Below are positions 1 to 8,346 of a stretch of DNA of 20,000 bases, piece after piece. The position numbers were made by a program, and so were the translations under genes. The DNA is from an uncultured virus (IMG/VR IMGVR_UViG_3300047546_001190) (Duplodnaviria; Heunggongvirae; Uroviricota; Caudoviricetes), in the IMG/VR virus record IMGVR_UViG_3300047546_001190. One strand, written 5' to 3'. The first letter of the stretch is position 1. Every line of letters starts with the position of its first letter. Below the pieces are notes generated by a model that was given only the letters and a program-made list of their open reading frames with translations, was not told where the DNA came from and did no database searches.

Positions 1-1
1 T

Positions 2-1675
2 AAAGTAGTAAATGTTGCTCCATTTAGAAGCACTTATTATACAGGAACAATTCAATTATATCCAGCATCAGATGTTTGGATCGATCCTGTTAGACTTCCA
101 TCTACATCTATAGAGGTTGAGGGTAATTACACTAAAACCTTACAACAACTTACCCAAGAAGGATTTGACGCACAAACTGGATTTGGTCCTGTTACATGGA
201 ATTCTTGGGAAACTAACTGGACTGGTTCATCTACGCAAACTGATGTTAGAAGATATACACAAAATTCTAGAAATGTTACAGAAACAACTGTAACTACAAC
301 TAACACTGGAACAAGAACAAGAGAAGGTAACAGACAAATTGCGTCAGAGCAATTTAATAATAGATCTCTTGGAGACTCTATTGTAAGTATTGATTTAGTT
401 CCTTATATGAGGCAGAGAAATATTGAATTCACTGCCAAGAGAATGAAACCATTTACTCAGGTTTACAATTTCTTTGATGGTGTCAATATCACAAATTATT
501 GCACACCAAAACTACTTGAAATTAGTATGATTAGTGGTGTTTTCCAAGTTGGTGAAACTGTTTATGCTGAACCAAATATTTTATATAATCCTATACCTTT
601 CTTCCCTACAATTTCACTTGCACCGACACCTGGAGGAAAAAGATCTGAAAGAGCACCCGGATGCATATCACCACCTCAACTTAATGAATTTAAATTTAGA
701 GTAGCGGCACCTAATCACAAATATGGTCCATATAATAGACCAACAGATGTCTTTACTTTAAATCCATATAGTAGAAATAATACTCTACCTAGTGTTTATT
801 CTGCATCATCGACTATATTAAATGTCGATACATATTCACTATCAAACATAACTCAAGGTTTGTATCAAGGTCATGTAACTAAAGGAGTGATACTTCGTGG
901 AGGGACAAGTGGTGCAGTAGCAACAGTCACTGACGTTAGACTTATTACAGATAATGTCGGTACTCTTATAGGATCTTTCCATATTCCAAATCCTAACAAC
1001 TTGTCTTCACCAAAATTCCAGGTTGGTATTAAACTCTTTAGAATGACAAATAGTGAAGTTAATACAACAGTTGGTGGATTGGTTACTACAAGTGCAGAAG
1101 AAAAGTTCTATGCTGAAGGATTTAAAACTAATACTAAGGAAAATATCCTAGTAACTAGAGATCTTAGACTTGAAACGGGTCTCGCTAATGAAACAGAACC
1201 AGTGACTAGTACTCAAACTAACACTACAGTTACTTCTGTTCCAATTCCCCCACCTTCTGGGCCAGCACCAGCAGATCCAAGAGTAACAAGACCTCCATCT
1301 CGTCCATCTAGTCCCGGATCATCTACACCTTCATCTTCAACTGTCAATATATTCAACTCTTCTCCAACATCAATTAGAGGAAGAACAGTTGGTGGAGTTA
1401 CATTTAATGCTGACGGAACAGTTTCAAATGGAGTCTTAGTTGGTCCAGGACAATATCAGTATAGACCAGGAGCACAAGGTACTTGGACAGGTCAAAATGC
1501 AAGCAGTCCTGGAGCATGGACAGTTGATCCGTATGTATATGTGTCCGGACAGCAAAGTGGTAGATTGGCAAGTCCAAGTGGTGGTTATGCAGCAAATTAT
1601 AATAGACCACTTATTGGTGGTTCACCTAATCTACCAAGATCATCACCAGGTTCGTCTTCACCAAGAGGTTATTGA
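2..1675 (+). CDS. 5'-truncated large virion structural protein, VrlC/DUF4815-like (N-terminal part), ending in a Pro/Ser/Gly-rich tail
   Basis: Frame is open from base 2 (KVVNVAPF...GTIQLYPASDVWID...WNSWETNWTG...SLGDSIVSIDLVPYMRQRNIEF), so ATG 407 is internal. Motifs LYPASDVW, PYMRxRNIEF, MKPFT..YNFFDG and LITDNVG recall VrlC-like proteins of T4-like cyanophages. Stop TGA at 1673-1675. Confidence 0.75.
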   Translation, partial: KVVNVAPFRSTYYTGTIQLYPASDVWIDPVRLPSTSIEVEGNYTKTLQQLTQEGFDAQTGFGPVTWNSWETNWTGSSTQTDVRRYTQNSRNVTETTVTTTNTGTRTREGNRQIASEQFNNRSLGDSIVSIDLVPYMRQRNIEFTAKRMKPFTQVYNFFDGVNITNYCTPKLLEISMISGVFQVGETVYAEPNILYNPIPFFPTISLAPTPGGKRSERAPGCISPPQLNEFKFRVAAPNHKYGPYNRPTDVFTLNPYSRNNTLPSVYSASSTILNVDTYSLSNITQGLYQGHVTKGVILRGGTSGAVATVTDVRLITDNVGTLIGSFHIPNPNNLSSPKFQVGIKLFRMTNSEVNTTVGGLVTTSAEEKFYAEGFKTNTKENILVTRDLRLETGLANETEPVTSTQTNTTVTSVPIPPPSGPAPADPRVTRPPSRPSSPGSSTPSSSTVNIFNSSPTSIRGRTVGGVTFNADGTVSNGVLVGPGQYQYRPGAQGTWTGQNASSPGAWTVDPYVYVSGQQSGRLASPSGGYAANYNRPLIGGSPNLPRSSPGSSSPRGY

Positions 1676-1699
1676 TTTTCTTTTGACCAATAAAACCAT

Positions 1700-1706
1700 C
1701 TAAATA
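1700..1706 (+). promoter_or_regulatory. Possible T4-type late promoter variant (CTAAATA)
   Basis: TAAATA core in the 72-nt intergenic gap, about 40 nt upstream of ATG 1748. Confidence 0.45.
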
Positions 1707-1747
1707 TATCTAAAGGGACTATAAAAAATAAATTATTCTGGGGATAA

Positions 1748-4276
1748 ATGAAACTAGCAGATCCATTAGCACAAACTTTTTATGTTAATCCCACTAGTGG
1801 GATATTTGTGACTTCTGTTGAGTTGTTTTTTCAATCTAAAGACGATCAACTTCCAGTAACAGTTCAATTAAGACCTATAGAACTTGGATATCCTACAAGT
1901 TCAATTTATCCATTTGCGGAAGTTGTACTTGATGCAAGTAAAGTAAATATATCTAGTAACGCATCAGTCCCAACAAAATTTACTTTTGAATCCCCTGTAT
2001 ATTTGTCTGGTGGAACATTTCACGCATTAGTGATAACATCAAATTCAGATCTTTATAATGTATGGGTTTCTAATGTTGGTGAATTTGATGTAAGTAATGT
2101 ATCAGAAACAGTTGCATTACAAGGTGGGCAAGAGTCTTCTAGAAGAGTAACAACAAAACAACCGAACTCTGGTGGACTGTATAAGTCGCAAAATGGATCT
2201 ACTTGGAATGAAAGTCCATACGAAGATTTAAAATTTAGACTTTATAGAGCAAGATTTACGGAAACTGAAGGAAGTATCAATTTTTACAATCCAGACTTAG
2301 AAGTAGGAAATAATCAAGCACCAAACTTATTAAAAGACTCCTTAGAGTTTACATCCAGAAAAATTAGAGTTGGATTGGGCACAACAGTTCAAGACTCTAA
2401 TCTAACATTAGGAAACACAATATTACAGCAGGGATCAAACGGAACTGGAAACTATGTCGGTTCTGCAGGATCTGCTTTTGGTACATTAAGATTGATTAAT
2501 CCAGGTATAGGATATACTCCATCTGCAGGAAACTACACTTATAATAATGTATCTTTAACTAGTGTAACTGGTAGTGGTGTTAATGCAACAGCTAGTGTCA
2601 GTATACAAAATGGAGTAGCAGTTGCTGCCACAATCACTAGTGGTGGTGCCGGATATGTTATTGGTGATATTTTAACTCCTACTCAAGTTGGAGTAAGTTC
2701 TTTAGGACTTAATGCAAAATTTTCAGTATCCGATATTTTTGGAGTAAATCAATTAATAATAGATCAGGTTCAAGGAACATTTGAGGTTGGTGCAGGAAAA
2801 ACTATTCAATATATTAATAATTCGGGAATAACCACAAATCTTAATGCATCTGTCGGTGGAAATGTTACTATCCTTTCAAATGGAATAATCGAAATATCTG
2901 ATGGACTTCACATAAAAGTAAATCATAAAAATCACGGAATGCACGCAACAGAAAATTCTGTGATAATTTCTGGAGTTGAACCTGATGTTATTCCAACGAC
3001 ATTAACTACCGGATATGATGCGACATCAACTTCACAAATTATCTTGCAAGATGCTACCAATTTCTCAACATTTGAAAATGTAGGAGTTGCAAGCACAAAT
3101 CCAGGATATATTTTGATTGGAGATGAAATAATTTCTTATACAGGAGTAAATGCAAATACCTTAACTGGAATAACTAGAGGAATTGATGGAACTAATTCAT
3201 TTAGTTACACTATAGGAGCATTTGTGTATAAGTATGAGATTGCTGGTGTTTCGTTGAGAAGGATTAATAAACAACACATATTGTCGGATGCTTCTGTATC
3301 GGATCCGATAGATTTCGATTACTATACTCTAAAAATAAACACATCTAATACTGAATATACTGGTTCGTTACCACAAGGTATAACTAATAGAAGTACATCT
3401 TCATTCCCAGATCTTTATATTAATGCAACGAAATCTTCGGGTGGTTCTGGAATAAAAGCAACTCAAAATATACAATTTGAAAGCATAAGACCAGTTGTAC
3501 AAACCTTGACTGTTCCTGGAACTAGTATTAGTTCTTTTGTCAGAACAGTTAGTGGTACAAGTGTTGATGGAACTGAAACTTCATTCTTAGACCGTGGAAT
3601 TCAAGATATAAATTTAAATTCAAATAATTATTTTGCAAATCCAAGATTGGTGTGTTCTTCAGTAAATGAATCCACAAAACTCTCAAGTTTGCCGGGAAAC
3701 AAGTCTTTTACCTTAACTGCAAATTTATTTACAGCAAGTAATTATGTTTCTCCTGTTATAGATCTGGATAGAGTTGGTATTATTTTTACAACCAATAGGA
3801 TTAATAATCCAATCGAAAATTATGCGGCAGATGATAGAGTTTCTACATTAGAAAATGATCCATCATCTTTTGTTTATGCTACCGATATTCTTTCATTAGA
3901 AAATTCTGCAACATCGATTAAAGTATTAGTTTCTGCACATATCAATACTTACTGTGATCTTAGAGTTTTATATTCTGTTTTGGGTAATAGGGATGAAACT
4001 CCAGTATATTATCCATTCCCCGGATATGCAAATAAACAGAGATTAGATTCTGGATTAGAACCTAATGATTCCCTTAGTGACGGAACACCAGATGCTAGAT
4101 TTGCTAAAACTGATACTGTTGGATTTGATTCTCAATCAATAGAATTTAAAGATTATGAATTTACTGTTGACAATTTACCTTCATTTAGATATTTTACAAT
4201 CAAAATTGTAGGATCTTCTACTAACCAAGCTTATCCTCCAAGATTGAAAAATCTTAGAGTTATTGCACTTGCATAA
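1748..4276 (+). CDS. Virion structural protein corresponding to the C-terminal part of VrlC-like proteins (842 aa)
   Basis: Starts with DPLAQTF..GIFVTSVELFF, contains SQNGSTW..EDLKFRLYRA and SPVIDL, and ends with PRLKNLRVIALA, as recalled for C-terminal halves of this family. G/T/S-rich beta-repeat inserts. Confidence 0.75.
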   Translation: MKLADPLAQTFYVNPTSGIFVTSVELFFQSKDDQLPVTVQLRPIELGYPTSSIYPFAEVVLDASKVNISSNASVPTKFTFESPVYLSGGTFHALVITSNSDLYNVWVSNVGEFDVSNVSETVALQGGQESSRRVTTKQPNSGGLYKSQNGSTWNESPYEDLKFRLYRARFTETEGSINFYNPDLEVGNNQAPNLLKDSLEFTSRKIRVGLGTTVQDSNLTLGNTILQQGSNGTGNYVGSAGSAFGTLRLINPGIGYTPSAGNYTYNNVSLTSVTGSGVNATASVSIQNGVAVAATITSGGAGYVIGDILTPTQVGVSSLGLNAKFSVSDIFGVNQLIIDQVQGTFEVGAGKTIQYINNSGITTNLNASVGGNVTILSNGIIEISDGLHIKVNHKNHGMHATENSVIISGVEPDVIPTTLTTGYDATSTSQIILQDATNFSTFENVGVASTNPGYILIGDEIISYTGVNANTLTGITRGIDGTNSFSYTIGAFVYKYEIAGVSLRRINKQHILSDASVSDPIDFDYYTLKINTSNTEYTGSLPQGITNRSTSSFPDLYINATKSSGGSGIKATQNIQFESIRPVVQTLTVPGTSISSFVRTVSGTSVDGTETSFLDRGIQDINLNSNNYFANPRLVCSSVNESTKLSSLPGNKSFTLTANLFTASNYVSPVIDLDRVGIIFTTNRINNPIENYAADDRVSTLENDPSSFVYATDILSLENSATSIKVLVSAHINTYCDLRVLYSVLGNRDETPVYYPFPGYANKQRLDSGLEPNDSLSDGTPDARFAKTDTVGFDSQSIEFKDYEFTVDNLPSFRYFTIKIVGSSTNQAYPPRLKNLRVIALA

Positions 4277-4278
4277 TT

Positions 4279-4497
4279 ATGGAAAAAATTAAAGTAGAAA
4301 ATCATCCCAATCTTTATAGGGATGCAAATACAAATATGATAGTTAATTCAGATTCTTTATCCTATAATTCATATATCAATATGAAAAAGAATAAAGAAAA
4401 TGAGAGGAAAAGAATTGAAAAATTGGAAAATGATATTGATCAGGTCAAAAATGATCTAAGTGAAATTAAAGATTTATTAAGGAATTTATCAAAATGA
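4279..4497 (+). CDS. Small hypothetical protein with C-terminal coiled coil (72 aa)
   Basis: ORF track; heptad pattern IEKLENDIDQVKNDLSEIKDLL; packed tightly between neighbouring genes. Confidence 0.8.
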   Translation: MEKIKVENHPNLYRDANTNMIVNSDSLSYNSYINMKKNKENERKRIEKLENDIDQVKNDLSEIKDLLRNLSK

Positions 4498-4658
4498 ACC
4501 CAGATCAAATACAACTAGAAGATGTCAATAAGATGTTTGAATATGAAAAACTTTCTAGAGATATAGATAGTATAGATGATATTGAAGTTCTTAAGAACTA
4601 CTCAAAGTCTTATATTAAATTATATCTAAAACAGCAAGAAGTTGTATCTAAATTCTAA
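4494..4658 (+). CDS. 54-aa helical hypothetical protein absent from the ORF track (weakly NblA-like pattern)
   Basis: Manual translation MNPDQIQLEDVNKMFEYEKLSRDIDSIDDIEVLKNYSKSYIKLYLKQQEVVSKF*. ATGA overlap with the upstream stop and TAATG overlap with the gp13 start fill the gap exactly. Confidence 0.85.
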   Translation: MNPDQIQLEDVNKMFEYEKLSRDIDSIDDIEVLKNYSKSYIKLYLKQQEVVSKF

Positions 4659-5497
4659 TGGCACAACCATCAACCAGGCAAGAATTAATTGATTATTGTA
4701 AGAGAAAACTGGGTGCTCCAGTTTTAGAAATTAATGTTGCCGATGAGCAGATTGAAGATTTAGTTGACGATGCCATTCAATTTTTTCAAGAAAGACACTT
4801 TGATGGTGTATATCAAACTTTCTTGAAATATAAAATCACAGATGATGATATTAATAGAGGAAAAGCATCTGGTGCTAATGGGGTAGGAGTTTCAACAATC
4901 ACCGTTAATCAAAATGTTGGACTTACTACTCAATTTAACTTTTATGAAACTGGGAATTATTTACAAATTCCACCATCAGTAATTGGTGTTAATAAGATAT
5001 TCCACTTTGATGGAACTAACACTATTACTAATAACATGTTTAGTGTTAAGTATCAGTTATTCTTAAACGATGTTTATTATTGGGGATCGACTGAAATACT
5101 AACTTATGCGATGGTAAAAACTTATCTTGAAGATATTGAATTTTTACTCACTACACAAAAACAGATTAGATTTAACAAAAGACAAGATAGACTATATCTA
5201 GATATTGATTGGGGTGCGATGAGTTCTGATACTTATCTTGTTATTGATTGCTACAGAATGTTGGATCCAAATGATTACTCACGAGTGTGGAATGATTCGT
5301 TCTTAAAACCATATTTGACTGCTTTGATCAAACGTCAGTGGGGTCAGAATTTAATTAAATTCCAAGGAGTAAAACTGCCAGGTGGCATAGAACTTAATGG
5401 CAGACAAATTTATGATGATGCTCAAAGAGAAATAGATTTGATCATGGAAAGAATGTCTAATACTTATGAACTCCCACCATTAGACATGATAGGATAA
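4658..5497 (+). CDS. gp13: Neck protein gp13
   Basis: LIDYCKRKLGAPVLEINV..QIED..DDAIQFF..HFDG at the N-terminus and KRQWGQNLIKF.GVKLPGG..LNGRQIY at the C-terminus; T4 synteny. Confidence 0.93.
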   Translation: MAQPSTRQELIDYCKRKLGAPVLEINVADEQIEDLVDDAIQFFQERHFDGVYQTFLKYKITDDDINRGKASGANGVGVSTITVNQNVGLTTQFNFYETGNYLQIPPSVIGVNKIFHFDGTNTITNNMFSVKYQLFLNDVYYWGSTEILTYAMVKTYLEDIEFLLTTQKQIRFNKRQDRLYLDIDWGAMSSDTYLVIDCYRMLDPNDYSRVWNDSFLKPYLTALIKRQWGQNLIKFQGVKLPGGIELNGRQIYDDAQREIDLIMERMSNTYELPPLDMIG

Positions 5498-5498
5498 T

Positions 5499-6884
5499 AT
5501 GCTTAATCCATTTTTCCTACAAGGTTCAAAATCCGAACAAAGTTTGATCCAGGATTTGGTAAACGAACAACTCCGAATGTATGGAGTTGAAATATATTAT
5601 ATTCCAAGGAGATATATTACAACAAATACTGTAATCAAAGAGGTTATAGAATCTAAATTTGATAATGCATATCCATTAGAAGCATATGTTAGTACTTATG
5701 ATGGTTATGAAGGGCAGGGAACAATACTTTCAAAATTTGGTGTTCAACCATTAAATGATTTGACTCTGGTTATTTCTAGAGAAAGATTCGAAACTTATAT
5801 CAGTCCTTTAATAAAAAATGTTCCAAATATAGAGTTGGCAACAAGACCTAAAGAAGGAGACTTGATTTATTTCCCTCTCGGTGATAGATTATTTGAAATT
5901 AAATTTGTTGAGCACGAAAAACCATTCTATCAACTTCAGAAAAATTATGTCTATGAGTTAAGATGCGAACTCTTTAGATATGAAGATGAAGTTGTTGATA
6001 CTGGAATTGATTATATTGATGATAACGTAGAAGAAGAAGGTTATATTCAATCTCTAACTATGGTTGGTAGTGGAACAACTGCTACTGCTATTACTGGAAT
6101 AGTTAATGGTGGAATTAGATTTATTACCGTTACAAATAGAGGAAACGGATATACATCTGCTCCAAGAGTAGCAATTTCTTCTGCACCTACTGGTGGATTA
6201 ACTGCAGTAGGAATTGCTACGATGATCGGTGGTTTGGTTGATTGTAATGGAAACAAAGAAAAATATAAAGTTCAAGGCGTAGAACTTATAAATCCTGGAT
6301 ATGGATATTCCGTTGCTCCATCAATTGCTTTTGTTGGTGGTGGAGGAGCAGGTGCAGCTGCAACTGCAACAATTGGTAATGGAATTGTTGGAATTGTAAC
6401 TCTAACTTCTGGTGGGTCTGGATACGAAAATCCACCAACTGTAACTATTAGTCCTGCTCCAGTGGGAACAGGAATCACTGCTGTAGCAACAGCTTATATT
6501 AATGCTGCTGGTGTTGTAACATCAATTTATGTCAAGAATGCTGGACTTGGATACACAACAACTCCAACAATCACAATATCTTCACCATATTCTTCAGGAA
6601 TAGGAACTTATGTTCCTAATGAAATTGTAACAGGAAGTATTAGTGGAACAACTGCCAGAGTTAAAAAATGGAACTCTCAAACTAATGTTCTCCAAGTATC
6701 AAATATTAGTGGAAACTTTGCTAAAGGTGATGTCTTGACAGGATCTAAGTCTGGAGCATCATACAAACTAAGAGTTGTTGAGCAATACGATAAAGTAGAT
6801 AGATATGCTCAAAATGATACTATTGAAACTGAAGCAGATGAGATTATGGACTTTTCCGAGTTAAATCCATTTGGTAATCCATAA
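5499..6884 (+). CDS. gp14: Neck protein gp14 with internal beta-repeat insertion
   Basis: EQSLIQDLVNEQLRMYG.EIYYIPR, SKFG, RPKEGDLIYFP, FEIKFVE..PFYQL and C-terminal DFSELNPFG; position after gp13. Confidence 0.92.
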   Translation: MLNPFFLQGSKSEQSLIQDLVNEQLRMYGVEIYYIPRRYITTNTVIKEVIESKFDNAYPLEAYVSTYDGYEGQGTILSKFGVQPLNDLTLVISRERFETYISPLIKNVPNIELATRPKEGDLIYFPLGDRLFEIKFVEHEKPFYQLQKNYVYELRCELFRYEDEVVDTGIDYIDDNVEEEGYIQSLTMVGSGTTATAITGIVNGGIRFITVTNRGNGYTSAPRVAISSAPTGGLTAVGIATMIGGLVDCNGNKEKYKVQGVELINPGYGYSVAPSIAFVGGGGAGAAATATIGNGIVGIVTLTSGGSGYENPPTVTISPAPVGTGITAVATAYINAAGVVTSIYVKNAGLGYTTTPTITISSPYSSGIGTYVPNEIVTGSISGTTARVKKWNSQTNVLQVSNISGNFAKGDVLTGSKSGASYKLRVVEQYDKVDRYAQNDTIETEADEIMDFSELNPFGNP

Positions 6885-6887
6885 ATA
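6881..6887 (+). promoter_or_regulatory. T4-type late promoter (ATAAATA) for gp15
   Basis: Overlaps the gp14 stop, 22 nt upstream of the gp15 ATG; T4 consensus is TATAAATA. Confidence 0.65.
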
Positions 6888-6909
6888 ATATATCTAACTT
6901 TCCTGACAA

Positions 6910-7908
6910 ATGTTTGAATATTTTTACCACGAAATATTAAGAAGAACTATTATTTCGTTTGGTTCTTTGTTCAATAATATTGCGATTAAGCATACAAATA
7001 ATTCCAATCAAGTTGTAAGTTCTATAAAAGTACCTCTCGCTTATGGTCCTACACAAAAGTTCTTAGCAAGATTAGAGCAGGTTCCAGATCTCAACAAACC
7101 AGTTCAAATGAGTCTTCCCAGAATGTCATTTGAATTTACTGGACTTACTTATGATACTTCTAGAAAGGTAACAACTACTCAAACGTTTTTATCTGCAATA
7201 ACAGCAGATAAGACCCAACCAAGAAAATCATTCATGCCAGTTCCATATAATATGTCATTTGAACTGAGCATCATGACAAAGTTGAATGATGATATGCTGC
7301 AAATTATTGAGCAAATAGTTCCTTATTTCCAACCAGCATATACGATGAGTGTAGATTTGGTTGAGACTATTGGAGAAAAGAGAGATATTCCTGTTGTTCT
7401 TGAAGGTATCTCTATGCAGGATGATTATGAAGGTGATTATTCGACAAGAAGAGCATTAATATATACTCTCAGATTTACAGCAAAAACATATCTGTTTGGA
7501 CCTGTTGCAGATGTATCCAAGGATGTCATCCAAAAGGTTTCTGTTGGTTATATTGCTGGAGATCGTACAAATACACCTACAAGAGAAGTAACTTACTCTG
7601 TTGATCCAAGAGCAACTAAGAGTTACTCAAATAATGTTGTAACAACCTTGGCAAAAGATCTTACAGATTTAGCAACAATTATTGAAGTTGCTGATGCTTC
7701 TTCAATAGGAGTTGGTGGAGTAATTATTATTGATGATGAAAACTTTAGAGTTGCTTCTAAGTCAGCAAATAAAATTACAGTTGAAAGAGGATTTGATGAA
7801 ACATCACCATCAAATCATGTATCGGGTGCTGAGGTTAAACTAATTACAACTGCTGATGCAAATCTCATAGAGTTTGGGGACGATTTTGGTTTTGATGGAA
7901 CGTTATGA
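6910..7908 (+). CDS. gp15: Tail sheath stabiliser / tail terminator gp15 with extra C-terminal domain
   Basis: YFYHEILRR..ISFGSLFNNI, IKVPLAYGP.QKFL, LPRMSFE, QIIEQIVPYFQP; synteny. Confidence 0.92.
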   Translation: MFEYFYHEILRRTIISFGSLFNNIAIKHTNNSNQVVSSIKVPLAYGPTQKFLARLEQVPDLNKPVQMSLPRMSFEFTGLTYDTSRKVTTTQTFLSAITADKTQPRKSFMPVPYNMSFELSIMTKLNDDMLQIIEQIVPYFQPAYTMSVDLVETIGEKRDIPVVLEGISMQDDYEGDYSTRRALIYTLRFTAKTYLFGPVADVSKDVIQKVSVGYIAGDRTNTPTREVTYSVDPRATKSYSNNVVTTLAKDLTDLATIIEVADASSIGVGGVIIIDDENFRVASKSANKITVERGFDETSPSNHVSGAEVKLITTADANLIEFGDDFGFDGTL

Positions 7909-8336
7909 AAATGACAAAAAAGTTTGACAACTTAAATGATACATTTAATGTTGCGGGAGATATTGTATCTTCAGAAGTAGAAACAGTTGAAAAAAAGATT
8001 GAATCCATTTCTTCAATCTCAGACGACTTGAAAAAAGACTATGAGTATACAAGAGGAAACTTATATTCCATCATCGAAAAAGGTCAGGAAGCACTTAACG
8101 GTATTCTAGAACTTGCGCAAGAAAGTGAAATGCCTCGTGCTTATGAAGTTGCTGGTCAGTTGATTAAAAATGTTGCGGATGCTACAGACAAATTAATTGA
8201 CTTACAAAAGAAACTCAAAGATATTGATGAGCAAAAAGTTAAGGGTCCAACAAATGTCACAAATGCTCTATTTGTTGGATCTACAGCAGAATTATCCAAG
8301 TTACTAAAGAATCAACTTGATCCGGAAGATAAATAA
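7905..8336 (+). CDS. gp16: Terminase small subunit gp16
   Basis: DYEYTRGNL, PRAYEVAGQLIK and FVGSTAELSKLL motifs; ATGA overlap with gp15 (alternative start 7911). Confidence 0.92.
   Translation: MKMTKKFDNLNDTFNVAGDIVSSEVETVEKKIESISSISDDLKKDYEYTRGNLYSIIEKGQEALNGILELAQESEMPRAYEVAGQLIKNVADATDKLIDLQKKLKDIDEQKVKGPTNVTNALFVGSTAELSKLLKNQLDPEDK
8329..8335 (+). promoter_or_regulatory. T4-type late promoter (ATAAATA)
   Basis: At the end of gp16, 11 nt before ATG 8347. Confidence 0.55.
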
Positions 8337-8346
8337 AAATAAAAAC

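Noticed and set aside
1673..1747. Stop-codon readthrough or recoding joining ORF1 and ORF2 (same frame)
   Set aside because: Three in-frame stops (TGA 1673, TAA 1691, TAA 1745) lie in the gap, and core genes end normally at TGA/TAA, so there is no sign of an alternative code.
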